Source: Fimicolochytrium jonesii (Eukaryota). Taken from it: a DNA stretch of 64,000 bases. The stretch lies in contig NW_026515669.1 in NCBI RefSeq assembly GCF_025526975.1, positions 1,860,001 to 1,924,000 on the forward strand. The letters are read 5' to 3'. Both the position numbers and the translations under genes were made by a program. The notes beneath the pieces were generated by a model. It was given only the letters and a program-made list of their open reading frames with translations. It ran no database searches and was not told where the DNA came from. Positions 1-12,777 of the stretch are shown here, piece by piece (the first letter of the stretch is position 1; the number at the start of each line of letters is the position of its first letter).

Positions 1-1951
1 AGCACCAATGATCCCGACATTCAGCCTCTTGGTCGACGCCGGCGGAGGGTGTGCCGACAGCGAGTACGCGCGGATTTGTGGCCGAAGCGGGTGGCTCTTC
101 GTCGAGGACACCCGACCACCGACCCCATTCGTGGAAAGCATCACAGGCGGACCGTCACGGCGTGGAACGATCTTCAGATTCTGCGGCACATACGGGTTCG
201 GCTTCGGGTATTTCACCTCCGTGCCCGGTCCCAGCCCCGTCCACCGCGCAACCTCGTCAGCAATCGGTCGGTTTGCATATTTCGCGCCCATCCACTTTTC
301 GGTCCTATCAAGCTTGACCTCTGCGTTGGGCGGCGCGATTATCGTGTACATGCATTTATTGGGGACCAGCTCGGTGAACAGGGCGCGCGCGGCGTCTGGA
401 TCGAAGCGGTCGATGAAGTAGGAGCGGCGGGGGAAGGTCTCGAGGCCTTCTTTGCGGAGGAGGCCGCAGAAGTGGGTTGCGATGGAGGAGTTGCGTTGTT
501 GGTATTGGTAGCCTATCTTGCGCATGTAGTTTTCCTCCTCAAAGAGGTGCTGCGAATGAGGGACGTCTTGATCAGCACGGCGCTGGGGTGACTGAGCCGC
601 GACTCGGATCGCAAGACCGCAATAGAATCGACCTACCTCGGGATACGGTTGCTCCGCCAATGCATTGATGGCCTGAAAAACGCGAGAAACCACTCCCCTC
701 CATTCCCTAACCCCTTTCTCCGTCAACGAGATGGACACCTCAAACAGCAGGTTATCAGCCCCCAGATGGCTTTTCCCAGCCGACAACCCCTCCGCAAGCT
801 CATGGGCCCTCAAAAGCGACAACAGCGAGTTCGTCCCTTCGTACCCCAACACCTTCGAGGCGAGGTTAGCAGGCTTCGTCGACATGTCGTGGTATTTGAA
901 CGGAATCTCCCATGAGAGCGTCAGCTCCCGTAGGTTCTTGATGGGCTCCACCCACGTCAGGGTGCCGTGCAGGGAGTCTGGGAACACGCGTCCGTTGGTG
1001 GTGGAGAGGATCGGGACGTCGCTATTTGGGATAGGACTAAATGCCGCGGCTGCCTTTTCTGCAAGCACCGGGATAGAATCTTTCCCCAGCAGTGCAAAGT
1101 TCATCAGATTCGCACTGTAGTTCTTCCGAAACCAGCCCTTCAAGTAATCTTGATCAATCAGCTTCATCGTCTCCAGATTCCCCGTGTTGAACCCCGCGAA
1201 CGGATGTTTGGGGTCGGCCAGTTCTTTTCGCACATGCAGTACGCGCCATCCGTCCTGCTCGATGTTCTTCTTGAACTCCTGGTCCACTGCGTTCATCTCG
1301 CGATCGACGCACGACTCGTTGAAGAGCGGCTCGTAGAAGAATCGCGAGAACCGGTCTAGAGCGCCGTCGAAGGCATCTGGTGTCACGGATTGGAAGTAGT
1401 AGAGGGAGTGGTCGGATGCTGTGTACCCGTTCAAGGCACCATTGTGGTCATAAATGAATCGTTCGTAGTCGTATTCATTGGGATATGTTTTGGTCCCAAG
1501 GAACAGCATGTGTTCTGTAAAGTGTGCCGTGCCATCGTGTCTACAGATGCATAGATATGGGTAAGAACAAGCAAGGGAGGAGACCCTAAACCCCCATGAT
1601 TATATCCCCTGCAACTAACATGCCGTCCATCCAACTTCCTGCCTCCACCGACAGCGAGGCTCCTGTGACGGGCGACTCCTTGTCGGAGATCACCACCCCC
1701 TTTATCCCATTAGGCAGCTCCAATTTCGCAATCTGGCGGTTCTCCAGCTGCTTTGTGAGAACTGGGATGTTGAGGTCCACCGGCAGCAGCTTGTATTTCG
1801 GTGCCGGAGTCGGTGAAGTGAGGGTGCTGGAAGTGAAGGTCCTCACTGACGCTGCTGCTCTCCGCCTCACAATGGCGACAGAGGCGGGGTATCTCCAAGG
1901 CCCCAGCCGCGAGGCAGGCGGCGGTCGCTGGGAGAGGAGCCGCCTATGCAT
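1..1951 (-). CDS. Insulinase / protease III-like M16A zinc metallopeptidase with N-terminal mitochondrial-type presequence (3' end lies outside the window)
   Basis: Exon 1 LELPNGIKGVVISDKESPVTGASLSVEAGSW; after an intron (~1545-1620) HDGTAHFTEHMLFLGTKTYPNE (inverted HxxEH zinc motif), then ALDRFSRFFYEPLF, VDREMNAVDQEF and HPFAGFNTGNLET. The N-terminus is Arg/Ser-rich with no acidic residues. Confidence 0.9.
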
Positions 1952-2134
1952 GTGGGGTCCTCCTCGTATCAGTATGTACTATATGCAAGTACAGCTCTAA
2001 GGAGTCCAATGTCCACCGTTCCCGTCCTCTTCTGTGCGGAACCTCACGCGAAACGCGCGCCAAAAGCTTCACCCGGAACGGAAGGACATTCCCAGTCTGA
2101 TTCCCAGTCTCTCGACAGAACGACCATAACAGCA

Positions 2135-3398
2135 ATGGCAATCGAAAATCCCCTCAGGGCGCTGCACAGGGCCCTGCCCCTGTACCGTTTCCCTGCTTCC
2201 AAGCGCACCAGCGCAAACCCCGCAGAAGCCGCAAACTCACCCGTCCTGTTCATCTTCCCACGGAGCAAACACGCCGTAACCTCAACAGATGTTGAGTGCG
2301 TCAAATACCAGGTATAGTGGATGCCGGGTAGTTTGTGTCAATGAGTGTATCTAACTCGTTGAATTGTGAGCTCTAGGCGTTTCTGACGTTTTCAAATTAT
2401 GCACATATTACACGGGATTGCCATGAACCGGAAATGTCCCCGTCGGGTATGGCTTTCTGTGACGTCCTACTGAACCTATGCATGAGCTATATGCATTGAC
2501 TGTGTCTTCCAAACAGGGAGACTTCCGTTCCTCGCACTACCGGACGGGAGGATATTGACGGGGTCGGGGATAGTGGAGGAGGTCACAGCAACGGTACACC
2601 CGGTGGGGAGGGAAGGAGGAACCGGAGTCCGTGCGAGGACGCTGACTGCGGATATCTTCACAACCGCTACAGGCAGGCGACCTAGAATCGAGATTAACAG
2701 CAGAGGAAAAGTCGAAAAGCAGGGCATTCGTCTCTCTCGCCGAGGCCAAGTTGGAGGTTGCGCTGGTACGTGAGAGCTTGAACCTCTTCCATCTTCAACG
2801 TGTCGTTACCCTGCGGGCTCACTGGCATCCCAGCTATTCACAATGTGGTTCGACGTCCGGATACGAGACACCGTCACGTACCCGCTGTTTGAAGCGCTGT
2901 ATCCATGGCCGTTGAATAAGGTGCTTACGTGGACTGCCAAATCGGAGAAGACGGAGTGGATGTTGAGCAGGAAGACGGTTTTGCAGAAGGATGAGGTGTG
3001 TTCTGGGGAGTGGTCTTGAATTTGTGTCACGTCTTGGCTCTTGAAGGACTGATTGTGGTGGTTGGCCCAGATCCTGGGTGAGGCAAAGCAGGCGCTCGCC
3101 GCACTCTCCACGTCACTTGGGGAACAGCAGTTCTTTGGTGGATCCAAGTACGTTCCCCCTTGGCGGAGAAGTTTGCAGTCTCCCACGAACGCTCACTCAC
3201 TCTCATATTTACCACGCACACAGAGCAACATTTCTCGACGCAACCATCTTTGCCTACCTGCACATCATCCTCTCCCTACTCGCATTACCCTCCGTGGAAG
3301 TCGAACTGAGACAGGCTGTGTTGCGGCATACCAATCTTGTGCAGGTATGGAGAAACATCGCCCCTCCGTCGTCAACAGGGGCTATCACTGGGTGTTAA
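2135..3398 (+). CDS. Metaxin / Sam35-like GST-fold mitochondrial outer-membrane import protein (multi-exon)
   Basis: Exons give PLYRFP, STDVECVKYQ, ELPFLALPDG, ALAALSTSLGEQQFFGGS and ATFLDATIFAYLHIIL...HTNLVQ, which fit metaxin N- and C-terminal domains. Confidence 0.75.
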
Positions 3399-3868
3399 CA
3401 TGTGGGTGATTGAATAACCCTTGTAGTACGCGCAAAAAATCTTCAACACATTTTTTACCACCACCACCACAACCACGACCACCACCACCACCGTCGCATA
3501 AGGTCCTGTGACCATACGTGTCCGACCCTACGGCGTATCGGGAAGACTTTATTCCCCTTGTCGGGCGGCCAAACATGACTCCGGAGTACGGGTTACAGCC
3601 CTTTCACTTGTAGTTAGAGTAGATGGGCAGCCATCGGGTGCGCGTTGTAGATAATGTCGTGGGGAAAGCCGTACCGTAGAACAACCCATATCCCCGTGGA
3701 TACCGCATGTCTGGCGTTGTGTCGATGTATAGCGAGAAAGCATCCTGATCGATGGAGGGAGAAACCTCCCCTGCCCGCATGAAGGGAAAACGCGTCGGAT
3801 AATCGCGGGGGGGGCATCCTTCGCACTCCTCCAAACAGTTCCCACAATCACAATCACTTATCCCCAAA

Positions 3869-5667
3869 ATGACCCTGCAAACGCACCTCCTCCTATCCCG
3901 CACAGCCTGCAGAGCCCGCCCACGCTCCTGTCGCTCCCTCTCCTCTCTGCCATCCCTATCAATATCAACCCATCCTCGCCTCCGCCCAACCATCCTCCGC
4001 ACCCCCCTAGACAGTTCCCCTCTGGGAATACATCGGAGACAGCATGGAACGCATAGCCATCACCATGGCGTGCGGATGGAGACGCGGGAAGGTATCAGTT
4101 TCATTTCATCACCTCGTGGAAATTGATCCGAACGGATGCTAAGATTTTAGTTTCGGCATTAGGCACGAGGGTGACGATAGCGGGGATAGGAGTCAATGTC
4201 GGGTTGACGATCGCGAAGGGGGTTGGCGGGGTGTAAGTTGAACGAGAGTCGCGTTAGGGTGCATGGGCCGGAAGATAGGGGAACCATATGTGAACGTTGC
4301 ATCTGGTGCGATTACAGGGCGTGGCAGTCTGCGTCGCTTATCGCAGAAGCCGTGCACTCGTTGAGTGATCTGCTCAGGTAACGTTCCATCTCAACGTTCG
4401 CCTATGGGTGTACCCAAAAACTGAAATGAAGCCCTTTTCCCGACAGTGATTTCGTAACCCTCTTCACCTACGGCAAAGCGCGCGCACCACCATCACAAAG
4501 GTTTCCATACGGGTTCGGCAAACTGGAGCCTGTCGGGGGGTACGAGTTCGCACTCGTCGCATCCCTGTCCGTTCACTTTCCGTGTGGCGCTAATTCCGTG
4601 TTATCATTGCCAGGCTGGTGGTATCGGCGTTACTGGTAGCCGCCGGCGCCGGGATCGCCGTGCATTCCTACGAAGTGCTTCTTCCCTTCATCATCTCCCC
4701 AACCTCCACCCCGACCCCAACACCACCCCATCATCTCCCCACCGCAGCCCTCCAAATAATGCTCCTCTCCGTCCTCTCCAAAGAAGCCATGTTCCGTTGG
4801 ACGCGTTCCGTCGCCACACGAACGCACAGTTCGGTGTTGTTGGCCAATGCGTGGCATCATCGTGTGGATGCGTTGAGTAGTCTTGTGGCGTTGGGGGGCG
4901 TGGCGGGGGGTGTGATGGGGGTTGGGTGGGCGGATGCTGTGGGGGGTGTTGTTGTTTCTGGTGGGTGATCTATGTCGTATTGGGTATGGGGTAGAAGGGC
5001 GTAGAACGGTGAGGGTGATACTTATCTGATGCGTGTGTAGGTATGATTGTGAAGGCGGGGGTGCAGGCTGGGTGGCCTTCTTTGTTGGAGTTGTTGGATG
5101 CTGGTGAGTGAGGCGTGGGGCTGATGATGTGAGGGGTGGATGGCACTGACGATTGAGTGATTTGGAACCACTAGCCGCCCCACCGGAACTCTACACCCAA
5201 ATCAACACCGCTCTCGAGTCCTTCCGCGCCCATCAGGGCCACATTACGGCCGTCCGCAATCTACGCGTGCGCAAGACGGGACCGTTCAGTTATGGTTCGT
5301 GCCCTGCAACAGATGTTTGCCTTTCTCCCACCTGAGATGATGCTTATCAATGTATTATGGTTTTCTAGCGGATATGCAAATCATCCTAACCCCGTCAACA
5401 TCGGTCTCGGAGGCTAGTCAGGTACGAAAAATGACACAACCATATTCATATTCACTTGCCCCGTTGTGAGCCCATCATCACTAAACTGGATTGTGTGCAA
5501 ATCACACCCAGATCGCGAATGACCTGCGTGAGAATCTGATGCATGCCGTCGACGGCCTGCAGGAGGTGCTTATCGAGATTCGGTGCGATGACGGGAGTGG
5601 GCCAGGGACCAGTACTATGACTACGGCACATGCGAAAGAGTATGATGGGGACGGGCATGGACACTAG
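3869..5667 (+). CDS. Mitochondrial cation diffusion facilitator (MMT1/MMT2-like metal transporter)
   Basis: Presequence plus HGTHSHHH; VNVGLTIAKG, SASLIAEAVHSLSDLLSDFV, FPYGFGKLEP, LLANAWHHRVDALSSLVAL, LRVRKTGP; stop at 5665-5667. Confidence 0.88.
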
Positions 5668-5814
5668 AAGATCACGTCGTTGATGCGGTCGGTAGAGCGT
5701 GTATATAGACGTTCATCTAGCGATATTCCAAGTTACTTTTGTCTGATGCAGGCCTTAATGATACATAGATGCAGAATAGAGTGTAGGGTGTGGTGTATGT
5801 GACTTGGGGTGTAC

Positions 5815-6886
5815 CTATTGCGCTTTGCCTAAATGCACGTGGGAGAGAGAACGAGTCAGCAAGTGCCTGAAACCAACCACCACCCCATCGAACCAAAGAA
5901 AACATACTTCTGAAAAACGTATAATGCAGCGTGATGGTCTTAACATCCTTCATCCACGGATCATACGCAAACTCCGGATCAATGTAAAAGAACACGGGCA
6001 TATCCACCTCCTCGCCGGCCTCCAACTTCTGCTCCTCAAAGCAGAAACACTGGATCTTATTGAAATACTGCGCCGCTTTCGCGGGGACGACGGAGTAGGT
6101 CGATATGCCGACGATATCCTCCTCGGTCGGGTTATGCGCCGTGTAGAACGCGAGGGCGGTTTCGCCGGGTACGACGTGGATTTCGGGTGAGACCGGTGTG
6201 AATGACCATCGCATGTGGTCTGAGACCGAGGACGCGAATTTGATTTTGAGTTTCTGGGCGTTTGCGAGCGGGATCATGGACTCTGGCTCGAATTTGTGGC
6301 CGGGGGAAACCATGGGCGTGCCGTCGAGGCCGGTGTCGGTGCAGATGAGTTTGTAGAGGGGGACGGCGGCGTAGGAGGCGCCGATGAAGAAGACGATGAT
6401 GGCGCCGGTGTAGTAAAGAGTGGATTGGGTGTTGTGGGCTTGGGCTTGCCGGGCGGCGAGGCGCGGGTTGCGGGGGTGGGAATAGTGGGAGTGGGCGCCT
6501 TGCGGGAAGTGGGTGGCGGTTGCGGTGGCGGCGCGGGCGGTTGGCCCGGGGGATGAGGGGGGTGGTGGTGGTGGTGCTCCTGTGGCGGACCGTGGGTATA
6601 TTGTTGTCGAGAAAGGTCGTAAGGAGCGAAGGGTCCGTGGAACTGCAAATGCTTCACGATGTATAGTGCTGGTCCTCAGTAGCCCCTGCGGCAAACTGTG
6701 GGACGAGAGCCCAGCCGTCGGCACGGCGCTCTTTCCTCGTATCCGCAGGCTCTGCAGAAGGAATAGGTAAGTAAGATGCGTTTTGGGAGATAATGTCGGG
6801 CGGAGAAAAAGAGGACTTCTTACCGGAAGCAGCAGACCTGAGGTTGCTTTGGACAGGAAGGTTGGACACCTGCATGTGGAGGCCAT
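5815..6886 (-). CDS. COX11: Cytochrome c oxidase assembly copper chaperone Cox11
   Basis: SYAAVPLYKLIC, VVPGETALAFY, YFNKIQCFCFEEQ (CFCF copper motif), VDMPVFFYIDP; terminal intron ~5829-5908 then a short last exon. Start codon uncertain. Confidence 0.95.
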
Positions 6887-7318
6887 TGCTGCAGCGTATG
6901 TGTTCCGACTGGCCAGGTGTTGGTTGTCTTATGTAGATCAGCCAGATATGGAGGTGGGCACTGGGGATGCCTTCTGCCGTTTGTTCCTTTTGTTCAGCTT
7001 TTGGGAGCTTCTCAACTTGCGCGGACTGAAGAGGATTCTTGCGCGTCTTCCGACTTCCCACTGGCCCGACATCATTGCGCTCATCGACTTTCCGAAGTTA
7101 GCAAAAGAGGACCCTCTACACATATACTTCTCGCCCTTCGCATACGGCTGCCCGCTGAGAAACAAGGACGTGATATCACCGCTTACTAGAGCCTTTTGGG
7201 ACTCTGGAGGGGACCGGCTGGCAGCGAGTCCAGCACGTTACAAGCAGCTGCATATCTCAGAGTTGACGTGCAGCACACAGCACACGCAGGGAAGAACTAT
7301 AGAGCTTTCGATAGGACA

Positions 7319-7858
7319 ATGAAGCCGCTATCCACCGCCACCGCTCCCCTGAGCGCCTTTCCACCCGTCCAATGGGACTTGCTCGACAAGATCTGGATCC
7401 TTGTGGATGTCGAGAACGGCGCGGTCAAATTCATGCGGTCAGCGGAGGCTGCCAAATTAACGAAAAAAAGCCCATTCCGGATCTTCAGCTTTTCTTCGAA
7501 ATCGTTCAACGCCAACGGAGAGCAGAAGATGAAGCTTGTTTCAGAAGGCGCTTACCACCACTTCAGAGCACTTAGCGACGACTCCCAAGCTGCCGACAAT
7601 CTCCTCGTTTGGAAATACTTCCAGGTTTTGCAGAATCCGGTCACTGTTCACCACATATACATCGCCGCTGGCGGAGACGCGCGATACTCTTCTCTGATTA
7701 AGGAGGGGGCGGGAAAAGGCATACGGGCAAGCCACTTCAATACGCAAGGCGCGAAGGGTACATTCGAGCACCTGATGGAGCTCATTCGAGCGGAGAATGT
7801 GCGAAGGAAAGCGAATTCTTCCTTGGTGGCTGCCGAGTCTGCATCAGCGCCAATTTAG
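7319..7858 (+). CDS. Hypothetical PIN/NYN-like nuclease-domain protein (intronless)
   Basis: Motifs ILVDVEN ... QAADNLL ... IYIAAGGDARYSSL match the spacing of acidic residues in NYN/PIN-like folds (DxEN, AAD, S/GD). Confidence 0.5.
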   Translation: MKPLSTATAPLSAFPPVQWDLLDKIWILVDVENGAVKFMRSAEAAKLTKKSPFRIFSFSSKSFNANGEQKMKLVSEGAYHHFRALSDDSQAADNLLVWKYFQVLQNPVTVHHIYIAAGGDARYSSLIKEGAGKGIRASHFNTQGAKGTFEHLMELIRAENVRRKANSSLVAAESASAPI

Positions 7859-8367
7859 CAGGAGCGAGTGAAAGGGGTTTTATGATTGCACTCCGAGCCT
7901 CGCTACAGTTCGACCTCGCAGCTCAAAGGATGTCAATTGGGCATACCGCACAGCAGCGAGCTCCAACCGTTAGCCGTTGCTCTGACTGTAATTTGACGCC
8001 TCATCAATGTAGCATACAGTCGTTTTTGGAATATACATACTGTACATTAACAGATGAGTGCTGATGGCAGCCGTTTCGTGGCGATACATGGAAAAGGCCG
8101 TGAATGGAGAGCTCTAGCTTGCTGATACCCTTCCCAGAAAAGGCCTTAGAAAAGGTATACGATGGAGAACATATGCTTGCCTTGCTTGAGGAGTACCTCA
8201 CGGCAAATGGTTGAAGGAAACCCAGAAGGAAACCGACCTTCGCGCAAGCGAGCCTTTTCGACCCGCGCGTTCTTCCGACTTTTTTGCTCAGAACCTGCCT
8301 GGCTCAGAACGACGCCTGGGAAAAGGTGGACGGCAGACAAACGCAACGGCTCCCTTCAATACACACA

Positions 8368-9980
8368 ATGAGAATACCGCAAAGGGCCTGTGCGGTACGG
8401 GCCCTACCTCGTAACGGCGCCGCTGGGGGCAGGTATGAGTGTCTCGCCGCGGCCGCGCAACAACGCCGCCATGCTTCCACCACCACACCATTGCACACTC
8501 CCGCCGCCGATGCCCCAACAACGCAGGCCCCCACAGCAAAAAGCAATAGCGGCTCCAAACCCACCCGCCGCCGCTTCCCCTCTCGCACCCTCTCCGGAAT
8601 CCAACCCACCGGCGTCCCCCATCTCGGCAACTACCTCGGCGCCCTCTCCAACTGGGTCAAACTCCAAGATGATCTACCCGCCTCCTCGACCTCTCCCTCC
8701 TCCATCTCCACCCTTCCTAGCTCTCCCATCTCACCACCCTCAACCCACCTCTACAGCATTGTCGACCTGCACGCCCTCACTCTCCCGCAAGACCCATCCC
8801 TCCTCCGCGAGAACGTGCTGGATATGGCCGCGTCGCTGCTAGCGTGCGGGATTGACCCGAAGAAGAGCGTGCTGTTTAGGCAGTCGAGGGTGCATGAGCA
8901 TGCGGAGCTGGCGTGGTTGTTATTTTGTAGGACGCCGATTGGGTGGTTGAGTCGAATGCATCAGTGGAAGGTGTGTTTCTGGGGTTTGAGGAGGAGGAGG
9001 GCGAGGACTTCCTGATGTACTGATGCGGGGTTTGGGTTAGACGAAGCTACAAATGATGCAGCAGAAATCAGGCACCTCCACAACATCAGCAAACGCAACC
9101 CTCGCCATCACCTCCGATCTCAACCTCGACGATCCATCAGCCCAATCCGACGAAGCCGGGCCAGGGCCCAATGTCGGGTTATTAGCGTACCCGGTGCTGC
9201 AGGCAGCTGATATCCTCATCTACCGGTGCGTTTACATTTCCCCATTCTTGTTCGTGGGCAGGGCATGGAACTGACGCGATGTGATATCCAATGTAGGGCG
9301 ACCCAAGTTCCCATCGGCGAAGACCAAGTCCAGCACATGGAACTCACCCAGATGGTCGCACGGAGCTTCAACGCGACCTACAAGAAGGACGTCTTCCCCA
9401 TCCCGCGTGGGATCTACGGTAAAACGCCTCCCTTTCCACTTCCCCACATCCCCACGCCCTCGCTCACCCCCACTATATCTAACCCCTTGATATGTTAGCG
9501 TCCACCCACACAAAACGCATCATGTCCCTCCGACAACCCACCGCCAAAATGTCGAAATCAGACCCCGCGGACGCATCCCGCATCAACCTCTCCGACACCC
9601 CCGAGCAGATCCGCGCCAAGATCCGAAAAGCGACCACCGATTCCATACGCGGTATCACCTACGATCCGGTGACGAGGCCGGGGGTGGCGAATCTCTTGGG
9701 TGTGTATGCTGGGTGCATTCACGAGGCGGAGCTTGCGCAGGGGGATGAAGGGAGGTTGGAGGACTTGGCGGCGACGTTCGGGAACCATACCACCGCGACG
9801 TTCAAAGACGCGGTTGCGGACGCTGTTATTGCAAGGTTGGGGCCTATGCGGGAAGAGTTGGTGCGGTTGAGGAGGGATAGGGGGTTTGTGGAGGGGGTTT
9901 TGGAGGAGGGGGAGGAGAGGGCACGGGCAGTTGCCAGGGAGACTTTAAGGGATGTTTGGGGGGTTGTTGGGTTGAGGTAA
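8368..9980 (+). CDS. MSW1: Mitochondrial tryptophanyl-tRNA synthetase
   Basis: [17 protein letters not shown] (HIGH-like), [36 protein letters not shown]; three introns. Confidence 0.95.
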
Positions 9981-10430
9981 GGACCTAGAGGGATGGCGTA
10001 GATTGGCATCTTAGCTGTAGATAGGCTGTATCTCCCTTCGTAGTGGTTGTTGAGAGAACGTGTATTTCTTCACTACCCTCGCGATAATACATACACGAAA
10101 AACGACAAAAAAAACGCCCCAAAATGGTTCTCCCAACGGCTGAAAAGCTGACATCCGCTTCCTCATTTCCCCTAGCCGCCTCCCCTTTCTTTCTAGCCCC
10201 CCTCTTCGCTTTTCCTTTTCCCTTCCCTTCGATGAGGTAACCACCGGCGGCCAACATATATACGGATGATGGAATGCAAGTCGGCTGCATTGAGATCGCG
10301 TATATGTCGCGTTTTTGATTCCAGTTATTTCGTTTTCTTGACTCCAACCCAAGTATGTAGTGGAGCTTGGCGACGCGAAGGGGAGAACACATGTATGAGC
10401 GTCGGACGGGATGTTATGGGGGTTGTCGGT

Positions 10431-10961
10431 TTATGATCCTTCGCCGAAGAGTCTTTGCACGCGTTTCAAAACCGAGTCCTGCGAAAACCAAAAAACCGAA
10501 CACCGTTAAATCTCGCGAATCGCTTCCCCTCACCACCAACCACCCCCAACCACACCCCCCCCCCCCCCCCCCCTTCCCCCGCAACGTACCTTCGACGGAT
10601 CATAAGGCCTATCCTTACTCGGAATCTCCAACACAGTTGGAAACGCCTGCTCATAGTCGTCCAACAAATGCCTAATCTCATCCGCGACCTGCTGCGTAAT
10701 CAGGATGATCGCAATGTCCTTGCGGGACGTGAACTCCTGAAACGTTTCTTCGACTTTGGGTAAGGGTGTTTTGGAGTCGACGACGAGGAAGTTGGGCTTG
10801 GATTTGGTGTCCATGTGCCCGATGCCCGCGAGTAGGAGGCCTGTCACTGAGTCCTGGGGAAAGAGGGGTTAGAGGGTGGGGAGGGAGGAGGGGAGGTGGG
10901 TTTTACGGACCTCGTCGCCGATGGCGGCTAGAAGGACGCGGTCTTTTTGTGGGTTTGCCAT
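10431..10961 (-). CDS. VMA7: V-type ATPase subunit F
   Basis: Spliced: [20 protein letters not shown]...[16 protein letters not shown]...[27 protein letters not shown]. Confidence 0.95.
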
Positions 10962-11840
10962 TTTTGAGGTGCTCGCCCTCTGGGTTTGAGGCCTAGATCT
11001 CTATCTTTTCGTAACTAGTTGTTTGATGTGTGCGTTTAGCGTGGATCTCTTTGGGTTCTGTAGATGGGAAACACAGAGGCAGGTGAGCGGGTGTTGGGGT
11101 TTAAGGTGGTCCTCCCTTCTCTTCCCCATGCAAAGTCATCGAGCCCATGCCGCGGACCACGTTCATTCATTGAGCAGCGTTATACAGCAAGCGGACTTCC
11201 TCCCGTGCAGGGTCCATCCTTCCATCCAACGACCATGGCTGGTTCCCACGCGATCGTCATCGTCATCCATCCTCTCTTTCAGAGGCTTTCACGCAGACTC
11301 TCCCCATCCAGTCCCTCTATCCCCCATCCACGCCTCCAGCCAATATCCCGATTCCCATGGCGCTGGTGGTGCTGGTGCGTCTTCCCACCGGTAATTGCGC
11401 GACCGACCCTGTGTCATCTTGACTCTCTTTTCCGGAGATATGAGGGGTTCGTCCCGTTCTGGTTCACCTCAGTGGATGGTGGGGATGGGTGTGAGGTATT
11501 GAAGAGTTATGTACGTACCTGGTCGTGAGGGTGTGCTGTGCGGTTTGAGAGTGCGTAAGGGGCGGACGTTCCAAGTTCCCACGGGAATGAGACGAGAAAC
11601 CGCCTCGGCTGCAAAGTTGCCCAAAAGCCCTTCTTGCGTTCTCAGACCCGCAGCCCCAGTCGCAGACACCACCTTACATACAGTATATACAGTAGTGCTG
11701 TACATACAGACAGTACATATCCTTACAGCTTCGGACCGCCGCCGTCCGTCGTTTGAGCCGCCACTACCAACCGGAATTATCCTCACTCGAGTAGTTCATG
11801 CGACACCCATAGCAATTTCAGAAAACACAAACGAAAAGCA

Positions 11841-12777
11841 ATGGACAACTTCTTACCAGGCTCGGCGAGTTTAGTGGATTGCGTCGACAGTGCGTTTTGG
11901 CCTCGAGATTATCCCACGTTGTGTCATGCGCAATGTTCATTCGAGGACGGTCTTCTTACCGTTTTGCGTTGATATTGCAGAGAAACTGCTGGTGATACTA
12001 CGCGACAGCCGCAAACTGATAGGGTGGTTGCGGTCCTACGACCAATTCGGTATGTGGAGGGGATCCTCAATTCAAGAGGGTTGTCATGGTGCAACGGGTC
12101 AAGGGCTCAGCGCCGGCGATCTCACACCCCCCGTTCTTCCCTTACAGCAAACCTGGTACTGCAAGATACGGTCGAACGAACCTATGCGGAGGACAACACG
12201 TACGGCGATGTGTACAGGGGGATCTTCTTAATACGCGGGGAGAATGTTGTTATGTTGGGTGAGATTGTATGTATCGGTGTCTGGATCGAGGAGAGTGGAC
12301 GGGGATATCGAGAGTGATGGGAAGTCGACGGGAGAGGAAGTGTTTGGAGGTTGGGATGTGTATCGTTGATGGAGTGGGACATCATGCGATGTGGGAGAGA
12401 CCGCGAGGCGTGCCTTGTCAGCATGTCTCCGGCGCAGGAACCCACGAAAGCGGTGGCATGAGCAGACCTTACTAGACGGAACATGTAGGGAGTCCCGTCA
12501 TGAACCACCATCCGCAGACCAAGGCGACAAGCATCTAATCCGAACGGCGGCGACCCTCCATCAAAGGCACTAACCACCACTCCTTCCCCTCCCTCACACC
12601 TAGGACAAAGAGAAAGAAACAACTGTAATGTCGACCCTCCAGCAAGTCCCCATCGAGACCGCCAAAGCGTCTGCAAAGAAAGAGCTCGACAGGCGGAAAC
12701 GGAACGAGAAGGCCCAGAGGCGCGCGTTGCAGGAGAGGGGGTTCTCGGTGGATGGGGTCGAGGGGGATCAGTATTAG
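11841..12777 (+). CDS. LSM1: Sm-like protein Lsm1 (mRNA decapping activator)
   Basis: Four exons: [16 protein letters not shown] / [22 protein letters not shown] / [10 protein letters not shown]...[17 protein letters not shown] / DKEKE...GDQY. Confidence 0.93.

Noticed and set aside
4254..4264. 11-bp match (TTAGGGTGCAT) to the Fanzor guide junction in an intron of the CDF gene
   Set aside because: Too short to exclude chance, the match breaks after 10 guide bases, and the adjacent sequence is not a TA-ending TAM.
10554..10573. Poly-C tract in a VMA7 intron
   Set aside because: Simple homopolymer with no associated structure.
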